This document shows, piece after piece, positions 24,543-37,686 of a DNA stretch of 64,000 bases. The stretch comes from Octopus vulgaris. Taxonomy: Eukaryota. The stretch is taken from assembly GCA_951406725.2 (NCBI GenBank), contig OX597816.1, positions 85,684,001 through 85,748,000 on the forward strand, in the 5' to 3' direction. The position numbers and the translations under genes were made by a program. Each line of letters opens with the position of its first letter. The stretch's first letter is position 1. The notes beneath the pieces are model-generated. The model searched no databases, was not told the origin of the DNA, and saw nothing but the letters and a program-made list of their open reading frames with translations.

Positions 24543-24746
24543 GGGTATTCCGTTATTGGAATGTTCAGTATATGGAGTCTTCCTTCGGCATGATGTTTCA
24601 ATAGATGGAATATCCCAGAAACAGCTGTCAAAGACTATCTCAACCATTCATGTCCTTGCCAAGACTTGCCCGTCCAATAACACTATACTTGTTCCACGTC
24701 CTTGCGTTGTTGTGTTTTCTCTTTCTGTTTTAATGTTTGGATTAAC

Positions 24747-24750
<4 letters not shown>
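24540..24750 (+). mobile_element. PLE pseudo-LTR-like fragment with a decayed hammerhead
   Basis: A long hairpin ctgggtattcc...ggaatatcccag is followed by GAAA c agcu g UC. The CUGANGA half is missing. T-rich tail runs into (TA)n. Confidence 0.45.
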
Positions 24751-24796
<46 letters not shown>

Positions 24797-25596
24797 TGTG
24801 TATGTGTGTATGTGTGTGTATGCGTGTGTGTGTGTGTTTAAAGATACATGCATGCATATAGATATGTATAAATGCATGCTTATACACACGCACACACACA
24901 CACACATACATATATATTTATGGATATTCGTTGAGAGAGAGAAAGGGAGAGAGAGATTAGATGGATGGATAGATAGATTGTTAGATAGCTAGATAGATAT
25001 GACATCAAATTTACAAATACAATACTGTCTCATTTCCACAAGATGAGTTCGATGACAATGCATTTATAATATTTAGTCTGCTCTGTCCATGATTAAGGTA
25101 GTATGAAATATATTTCCATGATTTTCTAAGTAAAAGTAATATACTTTTCATATTCATACTCACATTTTATGAAGTTAGAAGAATTATGTCGTGAACACTT
25201 GTGTCAAAAGTAGACCTACATTTAATCTCATACAGAAATTTTCTACGTTATTTAGATTTTCGTTATTTAGATTCATCTTAAGATTGTGATAATAACCGTA
25301 CATATATTTCTGTTTAATTTCTGTTTAACTGATCGCTTTAAGTCACAATTTCAAATTTGCTACATGCTGTTGTCTTTCTGTTTGCTAATGTGGAAAGTGG
25401 TATACATTGACAGTATATATTAGTAATTCTGGTTGTAAACATGCAGTGAAAGGAAATGCAATTTCTGTTTCCCTCTTGTTGCGTCCAAACCGGCTGGTCT
25501 CTGAGCAATCCTGATGCCCAATCCCTCCTTTGCAGAATATGGATCTTCAGAAATTCCTTCCGTATTTATGTGTTTCCTACTTATGTTAATAAACAG

Positions 25597-26230
25597 ATGC
25601 TGAAAACGAACATTATTATCTTAATCTCAGTTGCAATTGAAGGCCTTACAAAGCCATGTGCACAGACACTATATTCCATCTCCCCAAATAAGACAGAAAC
25701 TAATTGTTTATCACAATATTTTTGGTTAATTTTGTATAGTTCAAAAGAAGTCTTAACTTTATAGACGAACGAGGGAACTTGTTTTAATCATGATCATCTT
25801 GTTATTTTGCATTACACAAACTATATTTTCAAACAAATATTTAAAATGTTGTTACGGTGTGTAATTTGGCGAATATGTGGTTACTATTTCTCTTATATCG
25901 CGAACAGTGTAGTGTTCAGTTTTGTACTCTATTGTTTAGATTTATCATAACTATTTCAGTCATAGAAAGACTGCCTTTCCGTTACAGACATAATAAATTG
26001 AAAAGCAGTTTAGCTGATGTGTTCGTCTTATAGCTGGGTTAGATGTAAGAAATTTGGCAGTTATATATTGCAAAATATGTAATATCGTATTGCGTTGTAG
26101 GTATTGCTTAGCCATAACCTTTGTACCACCCGGAAGAAAAACCATTAAATGTCTGCATTTGGAAGGTATAAATGATAAAGACTCATTAACTTTCTTTAAC
26201 TAACTTCCATCACATCTTGCAGTCCTGTCG
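25597..26230 (+). pseudogene. Decayed secreted Cys-rich (PAN/apple-like) relic (speculative)
   Basis: MLKTNIIILISVAIEG looks signal-like. Downstream frame reads IYCKICNIVLRCRYCLAITFVPPGRKTIKCLHL. Multiple stops. Confidence 0.25.
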
Positions 26231-26399
26231 CTAATTTTACGTCACTGTAGTTCATAGCACATAAGGAATAACAGTACTATGACTATGAGTTCCAGAGTTT
26301 CAAAATTGTTGTATTATCTACTTCAAGACTTGTAGAAAATAGCAATAGGTAAGGACACGCGCACACTCATATATATGTTTGTATATATATATATAAAGA

Positions 26400-27130
26400 T
26401 ATTTTTAATAATTTAAGAAAAAATACTTTTTAGAAAGTAGAATAGTACTAACCTTTAGGAAGGAATTTCACAAATTGTGTGAAAGCGTTAATAAATGTGC
26501 AAGCGTTTTCAGTTCTCAATGTTATCAAGCACGTGTTATGGCTATTGTATGTAGCGGAAGTTGTTTTAGGTAAAGTTGTTGATTATTTCCGGTTTATTTT
26601 CGGATTCAGAAACCTTATAAAATATTCTTCTTTTGCCTTTCGAAGTAGGTCGTTTTCTTCATTAATTTTATAAAAGGGGAAATTGTGAATTTTCCTTCAG
26701 CACAGGTGTCTAAGTGGTCACTGCATGGTATGCATCTAAGCAAGGAATGTTTTATTTGGTGTCTATGCACATTCAAACGGTTGGTCACTTGCATGGTTTC
26801 TGTCTCTGATGTGAATCTTGCCTTAGTTAGACGTCTCTTACTGTCTGTTGGTTGTCTTCGGCTGTTGACCTGTTGTTCCTCAAGTATTTGTCGGCGACTT
26901 GGGGACTGGTGTAGAATTGGTAGGAGGTGTTTGGCTGATTGTAGAATATTGTGGTTCCTGGGACTGTAGGTGATAACAGATGGAACATTGTTATATGTAT
27001 CTTCTTGTTTAGCTTCCGTGTGAGTGCTTTCTCGTAAGCTAAGGATCGGAATATCCTTAGCTTTAGCTATAGTTCGTTCTATTAGTTTGGAGGGGTATTT
27101 TTGTTTTTTTTTATTCTCGTCTATTTGTTT
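26400..27130 (-). mobile_element. Penelope-like element remnant (RT thumb/linker and GIY-YIG C-terminus), internally deleted
   Basis: YPSKLIERTIAKAKDIPILSLR...VPSVITYSPRN and RLNVHRHQIKHSLLRCIPCSDHLDTCAEGKFTI[fs]PFYKINEENDLLRKAKEEYFIRFLNPKIN*. Confidence 0.85.
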
Positions 27131-27317
27131 TCAAAATTATTGTGCATATTCATCTTTTCATATTATGTATCAAGTAATTTCTTAAATACTCTCCCTCTCT
27201 CTTTCTCTCTCTCTCTTTCTCCCCCCCTCTCTCTCTCTACACATATATATATATATACACAAACATTCATTTATATCTTCCTATTTTATCATAATCTTTT
27301 AATCGTGTACCAAACTG

Positions 27318-27565
27318 CTTTTCTCTTTATATTTGTTCCGGTCGTTAAACTGCAGCCACGCTGAGGCACTGCCTTACAAAAATGTTAGTTTAGTCTAACG
27401 AGTATTTATTAGTCGACCGGAGTACTTATTATTTTTCATGAAGCTTATACTTAGTTCATTTGTCTCCTTTGCTGAACCGCTATGTCACAGCGAAGTAAAA
27501 CACTAATACCAGTTGTCAAGTGATAGTGGGAGTGTGTGACAAACACAGACACAGATACACAGAAA
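27318..27565 (-). mobile_element. SINE family B, old 3' fragment
   Basis: ctgcagccacgctgaggcac...tttgctgaaccgctatgtcac...ccagttgtcaagtgat. Confidence 0.65.
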
Positions 27566-27984
27566 CATATGTGTGTATGTACTTTCTACAGTAGAGTAAT
27601 ATCCTCTGAAGTGGTGCTTATTTGAAGAACACTAGTCTCTAAGTTGTATAGACTGGCTATGATAAATACATATAGAATTATTCAAGTCACTCCATTTATG
27701 AACATAAAGGCGCGATAATTATGTAAGTTGCATTGTTTGCATATTGGACGTAATTATTACTGAACGTATACAGAATGGAAATTATATTGTTTGTGACAGT
27801 AACGTGTGAAGGAATACATGATAGATAGATTAATCAGCAGCAGTAACAGCAACAACGTTTATAACCACAGAAATAGTAAATTGAAAACATAGCACAACAG
27901 TAACATGAGGGAATTTATCCAGAGAATATATTACATGTTAAACATGACAGTGCTCTTGTAAACCGCTTCAACCTCGTCGTCGTC

Positions 27985-28151
27985 GTTGTCGACGCTGCCC
28001 GGCGTTGCCGACGCTGCCCGGCGTTGCCGACGCTGCCCGGCGTTGCCGACGCTGCCCGGCGTTGCCGACGCTGCCCGGCGTTGCCGACGCTGCCCGGCGT
28101 TGCCGACGCTGCCCGGCGTTGCCGACGCTGCCCGGCGTTGCCGACGCTGCC
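27985..28151. repeat. GC-rich 19-bp minisatellite (gttgccgacgctgcccggc) x8.8
   Basis: Eight full units plus 15 nt; only one substitution, in the first unit. Confidence 0.95.
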
Positions 28152-28279
28152 GCTGCCGCCGTTTCCGCTGTTGCCGCCTCTGTCGTTGTCGCTGTCGCCG
28201 CTGCCGTTGTCGCTCCTACCGTCATCACTGTCTTCGTTGAGACCACAATGGTAACAGTAGCAGAAACAGCTGTGGACGA

Positions 28280-29152
28280 ATGAAGGTACATGTAACTAGG
28301 AGTGCTACAAGGGGACAGGATATTGTAAAGAGAAATGAAATTCCGCAAAAAAATACATTAAAAAAATTAGGAAAGTGCTCGAAACAAAATGAAATGGCGT
28401 GAATATCATTAACAGTATAAATAAAGAGGCTGTGCCGTATTGAGATACACTGTTTCTGAAATGGATAAAGGTCAACATACAGAAATTTTGTACAAGAACT
28501 AGAAAGCTCCTAACAAGGCACAACGCATTTCATTCCAGAAGTAATACCGACCGACTCTATCTAGCAAGAAAGGACGATGGAAGAGGATTGCGAAATGCAG
28601 AAGACACTGTTAGTATTGAGATACTGTGTCTGAAAACTTATGTTGCGCAAAGTAAAGAAAGAATACTTTCGGCTGCCAGAGATAAAGAAAAAGCGAATGA
28701 AACATTTGCAGTGTTCAAACAGAAAAGATAGAACCACTGAGCAAACAGATGAAAAGAGATGGAATTTCCCCATCAAGTCATGCAACAAACCAAGAATGAT
28801 TTAAGTAAATTTCGATAGATTTGGTTGACGTCCGGGGAGTTGAAACGAGAGACAAAATACGCTAATTATACTCGCTCAAGCGCAAGCACTTAGAACAAAC
28901 CTGAAAAAAGCAAAGATTAGAAAAACTCAGTCAGACAGCAAAAATTAGAATCTGCAAGAAAGGAGAAAAAAGTATCAATCACATTTTGAGTGAGTGCAGC
29001 ATACTAGCAGAAAAGGAGTATAAGCGCGGGCGTGAATGTGTAGAAATGGTACAAAAGTTTTGCTTCTTTCGCTTGGCCAGAATCATAAGATGATAGCAAC
29101 TTAAATACGCATACAAGACTATAGGAGCTCCAGCCAAATCTGAGTAAAAAGG
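28280..29152 (+). mobile_element. R4/Dong-like LINE fragment, degraded
   Basis: KIRKVLETK..IINSINKEAVP, RTRKLLTRHNAFHSRSNTDRLYLARKDDGRGL, CKKGEKSINHILSECSILAEKEYKR. The 3' end runs into (TAA)n. Confidence 0.85.
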
Positions 29153-29278
<126 letters not shown>

Positions 29279-30098
29279 CCATGGATGTGCTACACCGGGT
29301 TCTCCATTCAAAAACAAATCTAATCTAATAACATCGGTGGAATGGGATAAATAAACCTGTGAAAGAGTTGAATGAAACGGTCTTTTAACGAAAATAATCA
29401 GGAAAACGAAATTCTACTGCCATACAAAGCACAGTTTCTCCTACGCACCATGTCTATGTGAAAAATGTGCGAAACACACGCGAAATCATCACCGGAAAGT
29501 TAACAAATTATAAAATAGAAATGGAAGAAAACATTAAGTACATAAATTGAGTAATTACGCATACACTCGAATGTCTACACTATCATATAAGCATATTTTA
29601 ATAACCAGAGGACCAAACATACATACCAATGTTTACACAACTACGAAAAATTTATACGACACATATACACGCATATACAAAAACGAAGCAAAAACAAAAC
29701 ACAAAACAAAATATATATTATTTTTTTCGGACTAGCACAGACAGAATGAACAAGTCATAAGTTTAAAATCATCACATAAAAACTCTGAACAAAGATAAAT
29801 CTATCAACAGCAAAAACGAAAACTACCATTTCTCTCTGTGCGGTCTTACAAAAGACCATATTTAGTAAATCTTAAAACTTTATTATCTAAAACTCGTTTT
29901 CTTTTCTTTGTTCTTACTCTTCCTGAGTATTCGAAAATGCAAACATTCTTTTCATTGCAAAAGTCCTATTGTATTCTCCAACGAACATCACAAGATGGCA
30001 TAAAAACTTTAATATATTACCCAAATATGTAAACACACCTTTTATTGCAGCAACAAAATTGAAGTCAGAAATTCAAAGATTCAACGACGTGAATATCA

Positions 30099-30211
<113 letters not shown>

Positions 30212-30214
30212 TGT

Positions 30215-30308
<94 letters not shown>

Positions 30309-30397
30309 AAGGGTGGAAAGGAACACACGAGTTGATATATATGAAAAAACAAGTCATAAAAATAGAAAATGCTAAGATAATTTTATAGTGAATCTTT

Positions 30398-30435
30398 CAG
30401 TACCGGTTTCGGTCATTTTCAGACCTTTTCAACTG
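30398..30435 (-). ncRNA. Minimal type-I hammerhead, U3-A8 core variant
   Basis: cag UUGAAAA gguc ugaaaau gacc GAAA c cg g UA cug. Stem I cag/cug, stem II gguc/gacc, palindromic stem III accggu. Confidence 0.75.
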
Positions 30436-31670
30436 TAACGATTAAATAATTAAATTTAGAAAAATCAGAAGAAAAGTTTTTTTAAAAGAATATTTCTATA
30501 GTAGTGTTCAGATATAAGTAGCATTCTGCCTTTCTCTGACTCCCTTGTTTGCACTTGTATGTTCGAGGTCGTTGTGAGTTCTTGGTAGGGTAGGTGAAGA
30601 ATAAGGAGGCTGATGTGGAGAGGGGGTGGGGAAATCTGGGAATGCCTTGATGGTCGTATTTTGAATGGTCAGTGGCTGACAGCAGTCGCAGTTTAATTCA
30701 GGAATTGTTTATGGAATTTGCGTAGGCGTTATACTGAAAGACATTAGTGACAAGGTTAAGGGGTGGAAGGTGGAGAAGTAGAAGAAGAAGAAGAAGAAGA
30801 TGACGATGTTGATGATGATGATGATGAAGAAGAAGAAGAAGAAGAAGAAGAAGAAGAAGAAGAAGGAGGAACACATAGATACTTGCGCCAACAAAAAAAC
30901 ACCAAACTTCAGGATTTTCCCCCTCTACCAATTTAGGGATGATACAACCTCGAGACAACGAATAAGTAAAGAAAATCTCTTTATTACAAAATACAAGCCA
31001 CTTCTTAACGGGTCTACGACAAACAATTAATATACCTCAACTTTAGAATAAAAGAAATATATACACACACAAATATTACACTCCATAGAATCCATTACTA
31101 ATCAGCCCCATCACAGCTATACTTTCACCCATTCATATTCTCCCTTCTCTGTTTTTTTTCTTCTTCTTCCTCTTCTTCTTCATCATCATCATTATCATCA
31201 TCATCGTCGTCATCATCATCACCACCATCATCACCATCATCTTCTCCTTCTCCTTCTTCTTCTTCTTCTTCTTCTTCTTCTTCATCATCATCATCATCAA
31301 CATCGTCATCTTCTTCTTCTTCTTCTACTTCTCCACCTTCCACCCCTTAACCTTGTCACTAATGTCTTTCAGTATAACGCCTACGCAAATTCCATAAACA
31401 ATTCCTGAATTGAACAGCGACTGCTGTCAGCCACTGACCATTCAAAATACGACCATCAAGGCATTCCCCGATTTCCCCACCCCCTCTCCACATCAGCCTC
31501 CTTATTCTTCACCTACCCTACCAAGAACTCACAACGACCTCGAACACACAAGTGCAAACAAGGGAGTCAGAGAAAGGCAGAATGCTACTTATATCTGAAC
31601 ACTACTATAGAAATATTCTTTTAAAAAAACTTTTCTTCTAATTTTTCTAAATTTAATTATTTAATCGTTA

Positions 31671-31708
31671 CAAGTGAAAAGGTCTGAAAATGACCGAAAC
31701 CGGTACTG
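31671..31708 (+). ncRNA. Second copy of the same hammerhead, mutated at stem I and position 3
   Basis: caa GUGAAAA gguc ugaaaau gacc GAAA ccgg UA cug. Confidence 0.6.
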
Positions 31709-32569
31709 AAAGATTTCACTATAAAATTATCTTAGCATTTTCTATTTTTGACTTGTTTTTTCATATATATATATATATATATACATATTATTATTTTTCT
31801 ACCAGTAATTACAAATAGAGCAGCTTGAATTACTTCTTTTCAAGGCAGCGCTCTCAGTGGTCAATGGTAGCAGTAACCACATTTGACCTATGTTGACCCA
31901 ACGGATGCAAAAATTCTTTTGTCTCTATTGCTGACTTCCCCTACAATCTGCTGAATCTATTTATAGATCTGTCAAATATTATCTATGCACCAAGCTGCTA
32001 TCCAACTATTTTCTTCAAGAATTACATATTTATTATTATCTCAAGTACAACACAAAAGTTGAAAATAAGAACATTTAGTGAAATCTTTTAATAAGAAATA
32101 TAAATAGTAAAAATGATAATAATAATGGTAGTGGCGGTCATAGTGATAATGATAAGAATAAAAATAATAATATGTTACAGCTGCTACTACTATTAGTAGG
32201 AATGTGAAGCCTAAATTGCACCCTTACCACTACCACCAACCCTGCTACTGTTGCTGTTGCTGCAACCACTCCCGCTACTACACATGAAAACAATAATATC
32301 AGTGATGATAATTATAATAATAATGAAAGGAAGCATCCACGGACTGATTAATGATACATTTTGTGATGGTGTCACAATAAAAATACTGGTAATTGCGCAA
32401 CCTGATAATCGCTAGCTCATATGAGTGACAATGAAAAAACAAAATATTGTGAATAACGGTGGTAATGAAACTGAAGCCAATGATAGTGAAGGCTCAGAGA
32501 TTCCGCTCCGGCTCCAGCCTGTCGATATCCAGAAAGTGACCACCACACACGGTGTAGATGGAGCAAGTA

Positions 32570-32960
32570 AATTAATGCTGTGTTCATGGAGTGTTACTAT
32601 CTGAGCAGCCCGGTAGATAGAAATAGTGCTCAACTTAGGGGTTACCGACAACGTATGTATGATCATTGAAGAGAAAAGGGATAGTTTCAACTCACCGAAC
32701 AGAGATTATGTGATCAAGCTAGAGCAATAAGAAAAGTATCGTTGGTTCACAGAAGTAGAACTCGAAAGTATCAAAGGACGGGTCTTGGAAAATAGCACAA
32801 GAGTTAACAATGAAAATACAGTTCTTACTAATAAGAGTAATCTCATAGTACAGGAAAAGAGCAGTGGTAGTTTGCTTGATGAGAGAAATATAGATGATCT
32901 AAAAGAAGACAATAAAACTAATGGCGACATGACAGGTGAACAAAAGGCAATCTAGGACAT
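32570..32960 (+). mobile_element. Possible R4/Dong-like LINE N-terminal relic
   Basis: EKYRWFTEVELESIK resembles the N-terminal W(F/L)SxxELE motif of R4-like ORFs. Confidence 0.45.
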
Positions 32961-33013
32961 ATTAACATCAACAACAACACCACCAACAATAATAATATTA
33001 TTAATAATAATCT

Positions 33014-33400
33014 GTGCACAAATTGCAGGGAGTGACTAGTCGGAGACTAGCAAAGTACTCTGAGATTTTTCCAATCCAAAGAGATCAGAAGCTAGAGCAT
33101 AACAGATCGCTCCTAGTAGTGGTGGATAAGGTGCACCATATATGCTATGTAGTTGACTTTGCATGCCCCTTTGACCCACGAATAGTAAAGAAGGAAGTCG
33201 AAAAGATAGATAGATGCAACCCTCGTAAGTACGAAATAACACGGCTATGAAAAATGAAGGTGAAGATAGTGCCAATTATTGGTGGTCCTTGGGAAGAGTA
33301 TCAGAAGGCAATAAGGGGTATATGAACGAAATGGGAATAGAGTGCCCAGAAGAAGTGTCACAAAAGTTTTTCCTCCTTGGCACAGTCACAAAAGTTTTTC
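33014..33400 (+). mobile_element. R4/Dong-like RLE domain fragment
   Basis: IQRDQKLEHNRSLLVVVDKVHHICYVVDFACPFDPRIVKKEVEKIDR...KYEITRL*KMKVKIVPII. Ends in a 28-bp tandem duplication (33357-33419). Confidence 0.8.
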
Positions 33401-33539
33401 CTCCTTGGCACGGTCACAATAATCAGGCAAGTATTAGATAGTTGAAAAGAACGGATAGCATAGTAGTAAGCCCGCTACGCATGCAAGGTCCAGGAGAAAC
33501 TTTCAAAAATAGAAAGATCAATAGAGTAACAATAAGAGG

Positions 33540-33630
33540 ATCACAACAAACCACAACACATACCAAAGGCACACACAGCTGCGCTCCGTATTTCAGTGAA
33601 AGCACGTGATAAAAATAATACTACTAAATA
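33540..33630 (+). mobile_element. R4/Dong-like 3'UTR fragment
   Basis: Paralogous to 34150-34237; followed by (TAA)n. Confidence 0.75.
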
Positions 33631-33704
33631 ATAATAATGATGATGATGATAACAACAACAACAACAACAACAACAACAATAATAATAATAATAATCATAA
33701 AGGA

Positions 33705-33975
33705 TGTCATTAACATCTAGATAACATCTCAGAAAAGCCAAGTGCCAGAGAAATCTAAAAAGCTTGTGCTAACAAGAACTGCCCACATCCTTAGAAAAAC
33801 TTTATCAGTTTAAATGTCTTTGTTGTGTTAGATAAAAATATTTGGCTGCTGCCTCTGCTACTTCACTGTCCAAGCTTGCAGTCATACTGTAACATCTCTT
33901 ATTCTTCACTCACCGTAGGACTCTGGGTATTTCTTAGCGAGTAATTGTAACAAACATGCAGATTAAATGTAAATA
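33705..33975 (+). mobile_element. R4/Dong-like ORF end and 3'UTR
   Basis: KLVLTRTAHILRKTLSV*, followed by a TAA-rich tract. Confidence 0.7.
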
Positions 33976-34053
33976 ATCATAACAATATTAATTTTATCAT
34001 CGATAATAATAATAGAGATAATAATAACAACAACAACAACAATAATAATAATA

Positions 34054-34237
34054 AGGACTTACAAACACATATAACATACAGAAAATTGCACTACTAGGCA
34101 CGGCACACATCCTACGCAGAATACTTTCAATACAGTAACCATCAGAGCATCACAACAAATCACAGCACATACCCAAGGCACACAGAGCTGCGCTCGGTAG
34201 TGAAGTGAAAGCACGTTATAAAAATAAAACTACTGAA
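34054..34237 (+). mobile_element. R4/Dong-like extreme 3' end inserted in (TAA)n
   Basis: GLTNTYNIQKIALLGTAHILRRILSIQ* plus 3'UTR, with (TAA)n on both sides. Confidence 0.85.
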
Positions 34238-34490
<253 letters not shown>

Positions 34491-36004
34491 TTATTCACAT
34501 GGTCTGATTTATTCATTAGGTTTCTGGTTTAATCCCTATGTCAGTAATTTTGAGGAAAAGGATGCAATGCTGGTGTTTGGAACTAAAATGGCATACAGTA
34601 TGGTACTTCAGTAGTAATTCGAGATTACGAAATAGCATAACAAAGTTCTTTAGAAGGAGCCTGCTTTGATTATTCCAATTGAATCACTGGGATAACTGCA
34701 AATAAAACAGATTTTCTAAAATCACAAAATCTTCTTCTTATTGCTTTTGTTGCACATTACCGATAATATTTGCGAAAAGGAAGGATTTAGGCAAGATTGG
34801 AGTGAAGAAACCATTTAATATTAATCTGCAGCTCATGAACAACGTGAAACTGTCGGAGAAGGGAAAAGAGGCTCATTCTTTAGTGCAAACTCTTTATCTA
34901 GCGAAGATTTACGAATGAAGTTAGGTATAAAGTGTGATGTGACACAATGGACGTAAGTACATTGGAATGGAGATAACATGATAAAGGTGATTACATGAAG
35001 GATCTATTTAATGTTGAATATAATATTAAATTGAAGTAACATAACATTATCTATGAACTCATGGGAGGCATGAGTTATGATATAAAGAGCTGGAATAGTG
35101 AAAGGGAATGAAAGCGATCATCAGATGCCTAACAGAAAGACAGAGAAATAGAATTAAAGTCGACGATTGATATGTTCTGAAAGGTTCACAAATGCTGTTT
35201 GGCATAAGAATCTGTGGTAGAGACTGCATACGCCATAGATAAAAATTGAAAAAAATTGAAACTGTGAAAACTGAAAGTCATGCAAGAGTTGAAAAACATT
35301 GTGTTTTTAATTAAAATAAGAGTAACTGTGATAGGCTTAAATGGTGTAGTGATAAAAGGCCACCGTGGTGCAAATCCAAAGCAAATGTAACCATTGGTGT
35401 AAAAGAATTGAACTGACATTCGTTTAGAAGCGCTAAGCAAACACCAGAATCGTAAAACGTCAAATTTCTGATGGGATGTACTTAAAATCTAAGCTTATGA
35501 AAGAATCTTAGAACTTTAATGATTGCAGGTGTATATCTGATTGGGTTAAAGCCATAACTTTAAGAACGCCGAAGAAATAAAAGTGTGAGAATGGCATGGA
35601 ATGACAAGCGGATTGCTTTTGAGAATTTACAACACTTGGATCCCAGGAGCACTAATCTTAATACGGTAACATCAACTATGAAAATACATAAAACGCATCA
35701 AATACAAACAAAAGGGTAACTTATAAAAACAAAAGCATCTCCTGTAGAGGAATGCTCCAAGAAGACTTCTCCTCTCTGGCTGAAATACCTGCAAACGACA
35801 TGTTAAACAGAACAACCAGATGTGGATACAGGTGGTAAAATAAAGAAGCACCACTTTATATGGTGATCTCGAGTTGAATGCTGCAAATAGGAACAAATAG
35901 ATACAAAACTATAGAAAGAAACAGGGATGTACCAAAGAACTCAATTTGAGACTCAGCTTTGGAAAATATGCTAATGCAACTTCGAAGAAAAGAAAACTAT
36001 TTTA

Positions 36005-36479
36005 AAACAAGAACACCGAGAAAACGCAAACCTCCGCCGAGGCAACACCAACGTCCTCTCAAAGATTAGCCAGAAATAAATTTTAAAATGAGAATATCTA
36101 AAATAAACCCGACCGCCCTCACAAACGAGAATACTAAAAATGAACCCGACAGCTACACAAATTAAGTAGAAAAAAATAAACCGGAAATTAATCCAGAATC
36201 CTGATTAATCCCAATTCTAGTCATGGAAAGTGAGGGTGGCTGTAGAAAATTTAGTAACAATAATAAATAGTTTATGCTTATCTACTACGAACCAAAGTTC
36301 ACAATTTCACCAATCAAAATAGTTTCGGAAGCGGTCATAATAGTAATAAGTTCTACTCAGGAATTTTAAAATTAATGGCAGGAGAACTTTTGGTCTTCTC
36401 TTCTCTTAAATTCCGACCTTCTTTTATTTCTGTTGATTCAGGTCGATGTATAGATGTATGTATATATGTATGCACACTG

Positions 36480-36551
<72 letters not shown>

Positions 36552-36940
36552 ATAAAATATGTTAGTGTTATTTAATTTCTGAACGGTTTGATTATGTAGT
36601 TTGATTTCTTTATTCATTAGTTTCTAATAAGATAGAGACGTGAGTAAAAGTAGTAATAGAGAAACGAAAATAAAACAGCCTAAAGAGAGATAACTGAGAG
36701 GGACGTTAAAATCAACGTAAGATCATCTTCATGTAAAGTAAAATAAATATAAGAAATAATCCAGATTCCTTGTCCGGTACCGGATCGATCCCGAAATCGA
36801 ATCAGTTCGGGCCAGTCACGTGACTAAATATCTCTGTAAGTTTCATTCGAATCCATCTAGCAGTTTTTGAGACATCTTGACCACGTACAAACAAAACAAA
36901 GACGACTGAAAACAATACCTATGCTAAGGCAGAGATAATA
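36005..36940. mobile_element. Helentron-associated interspersed element (HINE)-like repeat with an internal insertion
   Basis: Start aacaag..aaaacgcaaacctccgccgagg. End ..aaacaaa..gaaaacaatacctatgctaaggcagagataata, a decayed acctccgc/gcggaggt hairpin. aatccaga is repeated at both sides of the insert. Confidence 0.55.
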
Positions 36941-37046
36941 ACAGAACTAGACCAAAGCCAGAAAGACAAATACTTAGGAATCAGTGAACTAAATATTCCA
37001 AATATGATGTTGGTGACAACTAATCACACGTTCGTTTCAGTTTCTT

Positions 37047-37248
37047 TTTAACTTGTTTCTGTCATTTGACTGCGGCCATGCTGGAGCACCTTCTTTTGTC
37101 ACACAAATCGACCCTAGAGTTTATTCTTTACAAGCCTAATAATCATTCTATCGGTGTCTTTGCCGAACCGCTAAGTTACGGGGACGTAAACACACCAACA
37201 TCGGTTGTCAAAAGATCGTAGTGGAACAAACTTTCTTTCAGCTTCGTC
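37047..37248 (-). mobile_element. SINE family B 3' part
   Basis: acttgtttctgtcatttgactgcggccatgctggagcacc...gaaccgctaagttacgggg. Confidence 0.85.
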
Positions 37249-37686
37249 CTTCAAGTATAGATCCACTTCTGTCCTTCGTAAGCCGATTTTTCACATGCGT
37301 TCTAATTAATTTTTCCACCGTCCAGGCAAAAACAGCCCTTATTGTCTGTTCCCTGTCCTGTTCCTTTATTTGTACTGTTTTTTCTTCATTTGTATTGTTT
37401 TTCCTTCATTTGTATTGCTCTTACGTCCTGTTTTTGTCACTTGTTTTACCCCTCTGCAAAAGAATTTTATTTAATTCCTTTTGCAGGAAGGACTGCTTCG
37501 ACTGTGTTCTGTCCTTACCTTCGAAACACACTTTGAGTCGAACCAGGGACACCCGATGAAGGGGAATTTTCCTTGTATTGTTTGTCCTGTACTCTGTTTT
37601 TTCGTTGTTTAAAAAAGTCCGTTTCCTTGTTTGATTTTATGTTCTCGTCTCCCGTTGTGTTCTACGTTTATTTGTGGTGTCCTGTA

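Larger units (their letters stand above)
30342..31765 (+). mobile_element. Penelope-like insertion: inverted pseudo-LTR, GIY-YIG C-terminus, pseudo-LTR
   Basis: 30342-30850 is the reverse complement of ~31255-31763. The central 30866-31030 encodes EHIDTCANKKTPNFRIFPLYQFRDDTTSRQRISKENLFITKYKPLLN. TA-rich microsatellite lies on both sides. Confidence 0.92.

Noticed and set aside
27985-28151. CRISPR-like array or repeat protein
   Set aside because: Units are contiguous with no spacers, the context is eukaryotic, and a 19-bp period is not codon-phased.
34560-35990. Probable very old LINE RT remnant
   Set aside because: Only faint motif traces; too degraded to annotate reliably.
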